A stretch of 64,000 bases of DNA from Desulfomonilia bacterium. Its GTDB lineage: Bacteria; Desulfobacterota; Desulfomonilia; UBA1062. How positions within the stretch are numbered: position 1 is the stretch's first letter; each line of letters opens with the position of its first letter. The notes beneath the pieces are model-generated. The model had not been told where the DNA came from and made no database searches. It saw only the letters and a program-made list of their open reading frames with translations. The DNA lies in assembly GCA_036567785.1 (NCBI GenBank), contig DATCTV010000054.1:18408-82407 (forward strand), written 5' to 3'. The position numbers and the translations under genes are program-made. Positions 50,759 to 60,004 of the stretch are shown here, one piece after another.

Positions 50759-52093
50759 ATGTCCGCCGAATCGTCTTTCAGAAAGAATGAGTTTTTTGCC
50801 ATTATATTGCTTGCCGTAATCAACCTCTTGATTTTTGCTGACCAGAACCTTATGGCTCCGAACCTTACTCAAATCGCCAGGGACTTCGGCTTCAATGCGG
50901 TCGAGCGTGACGTGAAACTGGGCGGCCAGATATCGCTCGTGTTCTGGGTCCTGGGCGCCTTGGTAACGCTAGTGATCGGCTATTTCACGGACAGGGTATC
51001 CCGCAAGATGCTTTTCATCGCCGTTGTCCTGATAGGTTCCATACCATGCATACTGACTGGTTTCGCCCGCAGCTACGAGCAGCTCTTCTGGCTGAGGGCG
51101 TTTACAGGCATAGGCATTGGCGGTGCGATACCGATAACGTTTTCGCTGATCGGCGACTACTTTTCACACAAAAACAGGGCGACTGCGGCGGCATGGATTA
51201 CGCTCGTACAGGGAATGGGTGTTGCCGTTGGCCAGCTCATAGCCGGATTCATCGGTTCCAAATACGGCTGGCGTCTGCCTTTTATTCTCGTGGCTGCCCC
51301 TAACATGATACTCGTTTTCATATTCTGGATTTTCGTCAAGGAACCGCCGAGGGGCATAGCCGAAGAGAGCCTTAAAGAGCTTATTGAAAAGGGCGCCGTA
51401 TATACCGGAAAAATCAACCGCTCGCTTTACAAGAACATATTCAAGATAAAGACCAACCTGCTGGTGCTCATCCAGGGCATTCCCGGGTGCATACCCTGGG
51501 GGGTGTTCTTCATCTATTTGAACGATTTCTATGCACAGGATAAAGGTTTTTCGGTCGAGATGGCAACTCTCATCGTTATGGCAGGAGGGGCGGCCGTGCT
51601 CGCGGGCTCTTTCGTGGGCGGCCTTATCGGCAACAAGATCTACAACAAGAATCCCAGATACCTCCCGGTTTTCATAGGCTTTTCATGCATAGCAGGCGTC
51701 ATACCTATGGCATTCCTGATAAACTACCCTTCACAGGCGGGCGTACATGATCCGAGCGTGATCGTGCCGCTCCTGCTCGCCGTAATAACAGGTTTCACCG
51801 TAATCCTTCCCGCACCGAACATGAAGGCCATCACCCTTAATGTAAATTCACCAGAAACAAGGGGGTCCATACTTTCGCTTTCGAACCTTACAGACTCGCT
51901 AGGCCAGGGATTCGGGCCTGCGGTAATCAGTCTTTTTATTGTTGCATTCGGAAGGACTATGGCATTCAATATCGCCAACTCGTTCTGGGTACTCTGCGGA
52001 CTGCTTCAGCTGCTGATGGTTGTCACGTTTCCGAAAGACGAGCAGGCTCTAAAGATTATGATGGATAAAAAAGCACTGGAAATGAGGCATTGA
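50759..52093 (+). CDS. MFS transporter
   Basis: About 12 TM segments; GYFTDRVSRK; SLIGDYF; SD AGGAG. Confidence 0.88.
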   Translation: MSAESSFRKNEFFAIILLAVINLLIFADQNLMAPNLTQIARDFGFNAVERDVKLGGQISLVFWVLGALVTLVIGYFTDRVSRKMLFIAVVLIGSIPCILTGFARSYEQLFWLRAFTGIGIGGAIPITFSLIGDYFSHKNRATAAAWITLVQGMGVAVGQLIAGFIGSKYGWRLPFILVAAPNMILVFIFWIFVKEPPRGIAEESLKELIEKGAVYTGKINRSLYKNIFKIKTNLLVLIQGIPGCIPWGVFFIYLNDFYAQDKGFSVEMATLIVMAGGAAVLAGSFVGGLIGNKIYNKNPRYLPVFIGFSCIAGVIPMAFLINYPSQAGVHDPSVIVPLLLAVITGFTVILPAPNMKAITLNVNSPETRGSILSLSNLTDSLGQGFGPAVISLFIVAFGRTMAFNIANSFWVLCGLLQLLMVVTFPKDEQALKIMMDKKALEMRH

Positions 52094-52115
52094 TTACAGC
52101 AAAGGAGCAGGCAGC

Positions 52116-53252
52116 GTGAAAATGTTCTTTCATGGAAAAAACATGACCGCCCTGAGATTCATCTTCATCCTGGCGGCGGTCAATTTTACATTTTATGGTA
52201 TGGCATGGGGAACAGGGGTCATAACCTTTTCTCCGCCTCCGGATGAGGTTTATGCATCAGAGAACAAGGCTGTTGTTTCCAGAAATACCCCTGTTGCCAT
52301 TGATACAGATATAAGAAATGCAACAATATATTATACTACAGACGGCACAATACCGACAGCAGCAGGCATCAAGTACACTTCCCCGATAGTCATAACATCG
52401 GATACTACCATAAGGGCAATGGCATTCTATAATGGGAAGGGGGTAAGCCCTCTTTCAACAATCAGCTATATTGTCTATTCATCTCCCTATGACATTTCGT
52501 TTATTATTTCAGATCCGTCATTGACAGCGGATTTTGTCGAAAGAGATGGCGCCCTCGAAACAAAACCTGCGAAGAAGGACTGGTATAAGAAAAGAGCTTT
52601 TTCAGTTAGAAACATGTACTGGGGACCAAAGGCTAAACAGTTTGCCGATATTAAAGTTCCGCAACATTCAGACAAGGAATGGCTGCGCAGGCGCATCATC
52701 GCCGTGGCAGCCAGATACATAAACGCACAGTACCAGTATCATTATCTTATCTGCTGGGACCCTCCCCAGTCGTGGCCCATGAACTCACTGCTTCCTGTCA
52801 GGCTTAGGCATCAGAGTCAGGGTACTGACAGTTCGAATTTCGTCTCATGGGTATATAATTACGGACTCGGCATAGAATTCACCGGCTATATCAAGAAACA
52901 GGCCAAGATGTCCTCGGTAATGATGCCTGACGGTTCCACCGCTAAAGTCAGGACAATAAAAGGCAGACTGTTCAAACCCGATTTTGATAAACTAACGGGA
53001 AGGCTTAAAATGGGAGATATGGTTTTTGTTAATACAGATAAGGATAAAGATACTGCAGACCATGTCGCCATCTGGATAGGCAAAGATCCGAAAACCGGAG
53101 AATGGCTTGTCATAGACAGTTATGATACAGTTTCCGATATGACGGATTCGGCCGGAAATCATATCCCGACAGGTGTGCAGATACGGGCATTCAGAAAGGA
53201 CTCATTTTATTACAAGGGGTTCGTTTCTGCCTTGAGAATAATACCCGATTAA
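52116..53252 (+). CDS. Secreted Fn3-like (chitobiase C-terminal type) plus NlpC/P60 domain protein, catalytic Cys replaced by Ser
   Basis: IYYTTDGTIPT..YTSPI..TTIRA; GTDSSNFVSWVYNYGLG; GDMVF; DHVAIW. Confidence 0.75.
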   Translation: MKMFFHGKNMTALRFIFILAAVNFTFYGMAWGTGVITFSPPPDEVYASENKAVVSRNTPVAIDTDIRNATIYYTTDGTIPTAAGIKYTSPIVITSDTTIRAMAFYNGKGVSPLSTISYIVYSSPYDISFIISDPSLTADFVERDGALETKPAKKDWYKKRAFSVRNMYWGPKAKQFADIKVPQHSDKEWLRRRIIAVAARYINAQYQYHYLICWDPPQSWPMNSLLPVRLRHQSQGTDSSNFVSWVYNYGLGIEFTGYIKKQAKMSSVMMPDGSTAKVRTIKGRLFKPDFDKLTGRLKMGDMVFVNTDKDKDTADHVAIWIGKDPKTGEWLVIDSYDTVSDMTDSAGNHIPTGVQIRAFRKDSFYYKGFVSALRIIPD

Positions 53253-53278
53253 AACCAACATATTTTTTGGAGGCAATA

Positions 53279-54988
53279 ATGGCTATATTTGATACATGGA
53301 GTGCAAAGGCCAGGGCGGAACATTGTAAACAGGCGGCTTCACTCAATTTCGATGCAATCATTATCGGCGGCGGTATCACCGGGGCTGGAGTTGCCAGGGA
53401 ACTGGCATTGAGGGGAATGTCTTTCTGCATTCTTGACAAGAATGACTTCGCTTTTGGGACTTCATCCCGCTCATCCAAGCTGGCGCACGGGGGTATACGT
53501 TATCTGGGCAACAGGGAGTTCAAGCTGGTGCGCGAATCCACCACCGAAAGAAACTGGCTGAGAAATCATTTCCCGAATATGGTAAGGCCGCTTGGCTTTT
53601 ATTTCAATTCGTTCGCAAAGGGCAAGGATAAGCCGGTGCATATTATCTACACAATGATTTTATACAGCGTCTTATCGGGATTCAGATCAAAGTTTAAAAA
53701 TTACAGATTGCCGAAGATATATAATTCATGGCTGATGAAAAGGGCGGAACCCAATTTCACCCGGAACGAGGAGACTCTCGGCAAATTTCTCATATCCGGT
53801 TTTTATTATGACACGAATATTGATGATGCCAGGCTTACAATAGAAACGATTAAAGAGAGCCTTAATTACTCGAAAGGAAGATCCTGTGCCCTGAACTATT
53901 CTGAGGTTACCGGATTTTTAAAGGATGGCTCCGGAAAGGTCTGCGGCGTCAAGGTGCGTGATACGCTTGACGGACATGAGTATGAGGTGAAAGGCAAAAT
54001 TGTTATCGCCTGCGGCGGCATCTGGACGGATGAAATTCTTAAGAATGAGGATTCCGGAACTTCCAGGATATATCCCACAAAAGGCGTACACGTTGTTGTC
54101 CCCAATGAAAGGATAGGCAACAGGAACGGCCTGGGGCTGCGCTCATTCGACGACAACCGGTTTTTCTTCGTATTGAGGAGAGGAAAGGTCTCGGTTATCG
54201 GCACAACGGATACCGACTATTTCAAGGAGTCGAAAAACCTTGATGAACCATGGTGCACGAAAGAGGACTGTGATTACCTTTTCAGGACTGTCAACAGGAT
54301 GTTCCCGAAGGCAAACCTCACTTACAAGGATATAATAGGGACATATGCGGGCATAAGGCCACTGATCAAACAGGAAGGCGCGGCCAGCGAATCGGCTGTC
54401 TCAAGGGAACACGAGATATTTTTCTTGAAGAACGGGGTTGTTGCGATAGCGGGCGGCAAATTGACTACATTCAGACTGATGGCCGAAGAGCTTATCTTCA
54501 AACTCATCGAAAAAGGGTATATGAGCGCCTTTTCAGTCCCTGAACATTCAATCCCCGGTTTTTCAATGCAGCCCTTCGTTGTAGGCATGAAGAGGACCGA
54601 TTTCAATAAAACGATAAAAAATAAAGCCCTTGCTGGAGTTTCATGGCCCGATCAGCTTGAATATCTGTATACGCAGTATGGCAGGCAGGCGATAGACATA
54701 CTCGAGAAGATCAAATCAGACCCGGAGTCAGGGAAGTCCCTCCTTAAAGATTATCCGATATGCCGGGCCGAGATTGAATTCATCCTTGAATATGAGAACT
54801 GCCCGAGGCTCATTGACATCCTCTGCCGCAGAACGGAATCTCAATGGACGATATGGCATTACCTCCAGGCCGAGCTTGCAGAAAAGGTGGCGGAAATAGC
54901 GGCGGGATATTACGGCTGGGATGATGCCAGGAAGGAGACCGAAATCAGGCATTATAATGAATATATAAAAAAGACGATCTGGTTTTAG
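53279..54988 (+). CDS. FAD-dependent glycerol-3-phosphate dehydrogenase/oxidase family protein
   Basis: IIGGGITGAG, DFAFGTSSRSSKLAHGGIRYL, DDARL, IGTTD, GIRPL, GGKLTTFR. Confidence 0.9.
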   Translation: MAIFDTWSAKARAEHCKQAASLNFDAIIIGGGITGAGVARELALRGMSFCILDKNDFAFGTSSRSSKLAHGGIRYLGNREFKLVRESTTERNWLRNHFPNMVRPLGFYFNSFAKGKDKPVHIIYTMILYSVLSGFRSKFKNYRLPKIYNSWLMKRAEPNFTRNEETLGKFLISGFYYDTNIDDARLTIETIKESLNYSKGRSCALNYSEVTGFLKDGSGKVCGVKVRDTLDGHEYEVKGKIVIACGGIWTDEILKNEDSGTSRIYPTKGVHVVVPNERIGNRNGLGLRSFDDNRFFFVLRRGKVSVIGTTDTDYFKESKNLDEPWCTKEDCDYLFRTVNRMFPKANLTYKDIIGTYAGIRPLIKQEGAASESAVSREHEIFFLKNGVVAIAGGKLTTFRLMAEELIFKLIEKGYMSAFSVPEHSIPGFSMQPFVVGMKRTDFNKTIKNKALAGVSWPDQLEYLYTQYGRQAIDILEKIKSDPESGKSLLKDYPICRAEIEFILEYENCPRLIDILCRRTESQWTIWHYLQAELAEKVAEIAAGYYGWDDARKETEIRHYNEYIKKTIWF

Positions 54989-55003
54989 GTGTAAAACTCT
55001 GGT

Positions 55004-55585
55004 TCATTCGAAACGTTTATAATACCGTATATCTGCCAGTGCCAGCATTTCGCGGTCACCGCTGCTGTCCCCGTAGGCGTGGATGCATTCAAAGCTTTCA
55101 AGTGCGTATTTTTCCCGGATGCGTCTGGCCTTCTCCTCCTTGAAGCAGTTGCGCGTGGAAAGACCGATCTGGGCGCTTTCAAGGTCCAGTCCGGTGGCTA
55201 TCAAGTCGAGCCCCAGGCCGGTGCACCAGTCTGACAAAAGGATTTCGAGCGAACCGGTGACTACCGCCACGGTGTGACCCTGAGACTTGTGCCATTTTAT
55301 TCTATTAAGCGCTTCAGGCCGTATGATAGTTGGTACGACTTCACTTGCATAATGCCGGGCCTCTTCGACGAATGCTTCCTTTTCCCAGTCCCCGAAAAAA
55401 TGTCTGATGACCGCCTGTTTGGCGTCATGATGCTGGATGCGTTTAAAGCTGTAGGCAATGGATATGGGAACCAGCCGGATGATGCCACCGAGTGCACGGC
55501 CCTTGCCACAAGCACGGAAGATGAAGTCCCATGTTGTGTCCCTGGTGGATATGGTGCCGTCGAAATCGAATAATGCCAGGTGCAT
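55004..55585 (-). CDS. HAD-IB family hydrolase
   Basis: LFDFDGT, VVTGS, KARR, AYGDSSGD. Confidence 0.9.
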   Translation of the reverse strand: MHLALFDFDGTISTRDTTWDFIFRACGKGRALGGIIRLVPISIAYSFKRIQHHDAKQAVIRHFFGDWEKEAFVEEARHYASEVVPTIIRPEALNRIKWHKSQGHTVAVVTGSLEILLSDWCTGLGLDLIATGLDLESAQIGLSTRNCFKEEKARRIREKYALESFECIHAYGDSSGDREMLALADIRYYKRFE

Positions 55586-55658
55586 GTTCGTCCCTCTCAC
55601 ACTTTCTATCTGCATTCATCGACATGAAAGCCATTTGCGTGCTGCACGTAGCCTCATG

Positions 55659-56567
55659 TCATTGTGCCGCCTCTTCTATAACTTTAATCAGTTCGGCGGG
55701 TCTGGCGTACTGGACCATATGGCCGGTGTTATCAAGCAGGATGAGTTTCGAACCGGAAACGGCCTTGTTAAGGAGGATGGCATCAGAAACCGGGACTTCC
55801 TGGTCGCTCTTGCCATGGACGATGAAGAGAGGCTTCCTTATGCTGCTGTAAAGGGGCGCCATCTTGACTACATCGGGTCCCATAGATACAACCTCCATTG
55901 ACATGGTCTTTATGACTTTGGGCTGCAGGAATATCATGCACCTTATTTTGACATAATTGGCGGGCATGACATTTTCATTTGGATGGAAGGCCTTTTTTGC
56001 ACCGTCCTCGACCATGCTGCATCCCGTGAACAATTTTGCAAGCCAGGCGCAGACCGGGCCGATCACAGGGGTCTTGAGTATCTTGAATATTGTCTCCGGC
56101 TCCTCGTTTGTGGTGACGGCGCTCACCGCGACAAACGCCTTTACATTTGAGGGATTTCGTTCAGCCATTGCGACAACCGTGCTGCCTCCGTAGGAATGGC
56201 CGACAACGACTGGGTTGTTGAGTTTGAGCTTCTCGATCAAGGCAAATGCCATGTCTGCATTCTGATTGAGATCATACTTCAATTTATTGGCGCTGCTGAA
56301 ACCCTGGCCAGGCCTGTCATATACCGTTACGCGGAAATTTTTCGAGAGTTCCGGAATTACGGTTTCCCAGTCTTCGATGGAGCCGGGCAGGCCGTGGATA
56401 AGCAGGAGATCCGGCCCTGCCCCCGTCTGATAAACCCTTAACTGCTGTCCACCAACATTGACGAAGCCGCCCTTGAATCCGGCGGGTATCGTGTTTCCGG
56501 CAAAAGAGGGCAGTGCGGAAAGAAAAGCAACGCACAGGATAAAAAGAAGCCCGGATATTTTTCTCAT
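55659..56567 (-). CDS. Exported alpha/beta hydrolase
   Basis: Signal peptide; HGLPG, YDRPGQG, GHSYGG, HGKSD, GHM (complete triad). Confidence 0.9.
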   Translation of the reverse strand: MRKISGLLFILCVAFLSALPSFAGNTIPAGFKGGFVNVGGQQLRVYQTGAGPDLLLIHGLPGSIEDWETVIPELSKNFRVTVYDRPGQGFSSANKLKYDLNQNADMAFALIEKLKLNNPVVVGHSYGGSTVVAMAERNPSNVKAFVAVSAVTTNEEPETIFKILKTPVIGPVCAWLAKLFTGCSMVEDGAKKAFHPNENVMPANYVKIRCMIFLQPKVIKTMSMEVVSMGPDVVKMAPLYSSIRKPLFIVHGKSDQEVPVSDAILLNKAVSGSKLILLDNTGHMVQYARPAELIKVIEEAAQ

Positions 56568-56659
56568 AACCAACCTCCTTGCATGGAAATCTTTTAAAGA
56601 TTATCCTAATCAGAAATAACAGATGTTTAAAGACTGTGCATGAAAAAAATGGGGATATT

Positions 56660-57322
56660 ATGTGCGGAAGATTCGTCTTTACCGATCCTTCAAAAATAAA
56701 AAGGCTCATGCCCGATGCGGACATTGACCAGATAAGGATCGAATTCGCACCGAACTATAATATCGCACCATCCCAGAATATCCCTGCAATTCTCAACGAC
56801 GGCTCGAATAAGGTGCGGCTTATAAGATGGGGCCTTGTCCCGTCATGGGCAAAGGACATCTCCATCGGATACAGGATGATCAACGCCCGCGCCGAGACGC
56901 TCACCGAAAAGCCATCATTCAAAAAGCTTATAAATGAGAGGCGCTGCCTCATATTTGCCGAAGGTTTTTATGAATGGAAAAAGAATGGAAAAGCAAAAGA
57001 GCCATATTTCATCCACATGAAGGATTCCCTTGCGTTCACCTTTGCAGGCCTCTGGGACATATGGGAAAGAGAAGGGAATGCCATCGTCTCCGGGACCATA
57101 ATCACAACTGCGGCAAATTCACTTGTTGCAGACATACACGAGAGAATGCCTGTGATAATGCCTCCCGATTCCTATGATTTATGGCTTGGTCACGACAGAG
57201 TGGATGTCATGAATTTTCTTAAACCTTATCCAGCAGAAGAAATGGACGCCTATCCGGTTTCACCTCTCGTCAATTCGCCTCTGAACAACTCCGCTGATTG
57301 TATAAGAATTTCAGCTGAGTGA
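56660..57322 (+). CDS. SOS-response-associated peptidase (SRAP/YedK/HMCES)
   Basis: MCGRF with Cys2; PNYNIAPSQ, WGLVP.W, INARAET, GFYEW, IHERMP. Confidence 0.93.
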   Translation: MCGRFVFTDPSKIKRLMPDADIDQIRIEFAPNYNIAPSQNIPAILNDGSNKVRLIRWGLVPSWAKDISIGYRMINARAETLTEKPSFKKLINERRCLIFAEGFYEWKKNGKAKEPYFIHMKDSLAFTFAGLWDIWEREGNAIVSGTIITTAANSLVADIHERMPVIMPPDSYDLWLGHDRVDVMNFLKPYPAEEMDAYPVSPLVNSPLNNSADCIRISAE

Positions 57323-57326
57323 TGCC

Positions 57327-57355
57327 TTGACATCATTTTATATGATGCTATGATG
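57327..57355 (+). promoter_or_regulatory. vapBC promoter with overlapping palindromic operator
   Basis: TTGACA-N16-TATGAT; CATCAT-N5-ATGATG inverted repeat inside it; ATG lies 7 nt after the -10. Confidence 0.7.
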
Positions 57356-57360
57356 CCTTT

Positions 57361-57606
57361 ATGAGAACTACAATAGTGATAGATGAGGATGTGCTTGACA
57401 GGGCAAGAGCTGTTGCAACAAGCAGGAAAAAACCCTTCAGGTCAATAATCAACGAGGCCATGAGAGAAGGGCTCAATTTAATCGAATCGAAGCAGAAGCA
57501 GAAACCTTATCGCATGAAACCCCGCAACATGGGTCAGAAATCCGGCATATCGATAGACAATGTCCAGGAATTGTTAAGCCGGATCGAAGGCGAAGACTTC
57601 AAGTGA
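57361..57606 (+). CDS. Antitoxin, VapB-like (ribbon-helix-helix type)
   Basis: MRTTIVIDEDVL; overlaps the downstream PIN gene by 4 nt. Confidence 0.85.
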   Translation: MRTTIVIDEDVLDRARAVATSRKKPFRSIINEAMREGLNLIESKQKQKPYRMKPRNMGQKSGISIDNVQELLSRIEGEDFK

Positions 57607-58031
57607 TTTTTGTTGACGCCAACATCCTGCTTTATGCCGAGAACTCGGGCAGTCCGCTTAACAGAAAAGCCCTTAAATGGTGGAGTTCTGCACTCTCAGG
57701 AAAAGAGCCGGTATGTCTGTGCTGGGAAGTTATCAATGCATTCATAAGAATCGGCACTAATCCAAGGGTTTTCAATAACCCCTTGTCAACCAGTGAAGCA
57801 CTTGACAGGGTTTTGAGCTGGATAAACCAGCCATGCACCAGGATAATCCATCCGACGTCAAGGCATTGGGATATCTTCACAGACATGCTCATATCAGGGC
57901 AGGCGAGCGCAAATCTCGTATCTGACGCCCACCTTGCCGCACTTGCAATCGAACACAACTGCACGCTGTATTCAACGGATAAGGATTTCAAAAGATTTCC
58001 TAAAATTAAATATAAGAATCCATTGGAATAA
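57603..58031 (+). CDS. PIN-domain toxin, VapC family
   Basis: IFVDANILLYA, WEV, NLVSDAHLAALAIEH, STDKDF. Confidence 0.92.
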   Translation: MIFVDANILLYAENSGSPLNRKALKWWSSALSGKEPVCLCWEVINAFIRIGTNPRVFNNPLSTSEALDRVLSWINQPCTRIIHPTSRHWDIFTDMLISGQASANLVSDAHLAALAIEHNCTLYSTDKDFKRFPKIKYKNPLE

Positions 58032-58121
58032 ACAGACGAACAAGTTGAAAAGATATCTTACAGAACTATTCAATCAAGCATAACCGCCGAATAATACAAG
58101 TTAGATGTCTTAATAAGCATC

Positions 58122-58228
58122 CACCACGAAGAGCACGTGGGTCACGAAGAAAAGCCTATAAGGATTTATAGAAGACCGCTTATACCTCTCAACATTTATT
58201 ACCTTTGTGCTTCGTGTCCTTCGTGGTG
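58122..58228. repeat. Inverted-repeat element built from CACGAAG-core tandem units (REP/MITE-like)
   Basis: Left arm CAC-CACGAAGAG-CACGTGGGT-CACGAAGAA; right arm (reverse complement) CAC-CACGAAGGA-CACGAAG-CACAAAGGT; perfect 10-bp outer IR. Confidence 0.75.
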
Positions 58229-58334
58229 AATATGATTTCTTGTAAAGATGTTCATACCTGTTGATTCCAGATGAACTATAAGGAATAGCACGATATATAT
58301 GGTTGAGCGATGTTTGATTCAGGCAAATCGGAAC

Positions 58335-59984
58335 TTATAGAACCTTGATCTCCAGGATTCTGCCCACATTAAATGTTCTGCGTTCCCTGCGTGTCTGGCA
58401 GAATGCATCGAGCCCGGTGAAGGAATGCCCTTTATATTCCATCTGCCTGACATCAAGGGGTTTCACTACCCTGCGGGACTTTTCATCCTTGGCCTTCAAA
58501 TAGAGGATTTCAATCTGGTTGCTTCCGGAGATTGCGTTTTTAATTATGCGAAGCTTGTCATCATGGCTGAGCTTCTTTTCAGCAAGGGAGTACTGGTGCT
58601 GCGTCAGGAATTTAACAACCTCCCAGTCAAGAAGGATATGCTCCTTTTTTACAGGCTTCTTAAGCACTATGCCCTCGAGGCTCACGCACCTTGAAAGCGC
58701 GACATAGAGCTGGCCGTGTGCAAAAGTGCCGCGGCCCAGGTCTATTATCACCCTGCTGAAAGTCTTTCCCTGGCTTTTGTGGATGGTAACTGCGAACGCA
58801 GGTCTGAGCGGATACTGGGTAAAGGTTCCTACAACCTCGGAAGCGAGCTGGGAACCATCGATGAAAAACCTGTAAATGCTCCATGTATAAGGACTTATAA
58901 AGACATCTTCTCCCATATCAAGCCTGGCCTTGATAAGGATATTCCCGTCGTCATCCTTTGCCGTCCCGGTCATAACGCCTATCGTGCCGTTCACCCAGCG
59001 GCCTTGCTGGTCGTTGTTCAGCATCATGATCTGCGAGCCCTTTTTCAGCCTCAGCTCCTTTGTTGTGGGCATGTATTCATTACCGAAGTCGCCGTCTATT
59101 ATGGCCCTGAATTTATGAATCTTTCCCGGAAGCTTGGCCATCTCGGTTTCGTTGATTTTATCCGCCATGTTGTTCGTGCTTGTAAGCTGGATGTAAAATT
59201 CATCTTTGGGCGCCTCGAAATCAGGCTTTAGCCTTTTATTTATTGCTGCCAGGTCTTCGTCAGTAACAGAACGGTTCCTTATGGCGTTAAGAAGCCTTAT
59301 GAATTCATCGTCGTGCTGGCGGTAGACCTTTTCCAGCTCAATGAATTCCATGTCCATGGATTTAAAAGACCGGGCACAGAAAAAATAGGGGCTCTGATAG
59401 TGCAGTTTGAATATCTCTTTTTCAGTGGAAGAAACTACGGGGGGCAGCTGATAGAGGTCACCTATGAAAACCATCTGCACGCCGCCGAAAGGTTTTTTCT
59501 CATCCGGGCCGTTCAGTTTCATGAACTTTTCGATGCAGTCGAGCAGGTCAGCCCTGACCATGGATATCTCGTCGATTATAATGGTGTCGATTTTCTTGTA
59601 GATATTCCTTGAACTGACATTCTTAATTTTTTTTACCGATTTCTCAGTTACGTCGGGCCCGAAGCCGAAGAATGAATGTATGGTCTGGCCGCCTACATTT
59701 ATTGCTGCAATACCGGTGGGTGCAAGCACGACATGCCTTTTGGCAGTAGTCCTCTGGAAATAATTGAGAAGGGTCGATTTGCCGGTGCCTGCCCTGCCTG
59801 TTATGAAAAGGCTTTGTTTCCTGTTCTCCATTAGCTCAATCGCCGCCCTGAACTGGGGATTGAAATCAAGACCTTTTTGTTCTGACTTTTCCGGTGTGGC
59901 TTCTTCCTCTTTTGCCATTATTGATGTTTGCCAAATGCGCTCGATATTGTCCAGTTTGTTTTCAGGTGCTATAAGGCGGTGCAT
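58335..59984 (-). CDS. PIF1-family SF1B helicase with C-terminal WYL domain
   Basis: GRAGTGKST, IDEISMV, GDLYQLPPV, AVTIHKSQG, GQLYVALSR; C-terminal ILY..KDEKSRRVVKP..AFCQTRRERRTFNVGRI; start uncertain (59984 or 59918). Confidence 0.85.
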   Translation of the reverse strand: MHRLIAPENKLDNIERIWQTSIMAKEEEATPEKSEQKGLDFNPQFRAAIELMENRKQSLFITGRAGTGKSTLLNYFQRTTAKRHVVLAPTGIAAINVGGQTIHSFFGFGPDVTEKSVKKIKNVSSRNIYKKIDTIIIDEISMVRADLLDCIEKFMKLNGPDEKKPFGGVQMVFIGDLYQLPPVVSSTEKEIFKLHYQSPYFFCARSFKSMDMEFIELEKVYRQHDDEFIRLLNAIRNRSVTDEDLAAINKRLKPDFEAPKDEFYIQLTSTNNMADKINETEMAKLPGKIHKFRAIIDGDFGNEYMPTTKELRLKKGSQIMMLNNDQQGRWVNGTIGVMTGTAKDDDGNILIKARLDMGEDVFISPYTWSIYRFFIDGSQLASEVVGTFTQYPLRPAFAVTIHKSQGKTFSRVIIDLGRGTFAHGQLYVALSRCVSLEGIVLKKPVKKEHILLDWEVVKFLTQHQYSLAEKKLSHDDKLRIIKNAISGSNQIEILYLKAKDEKSRRVVKPLDVRQMEYKGHSFTGLDAFCQTRRERRTFNVGRILEIKVL

Positions 59985-60004
59985 ATATTGCCAGGAGGTG
60001 ATAC

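Noticed and set aside
56588-56602. AATCTTT-T-AAAGATT palindrome upstream of SRAP, considered as an SOS box
   Set aside because: Almost all A/T and unlike the LexA boxes I know; could be chance.
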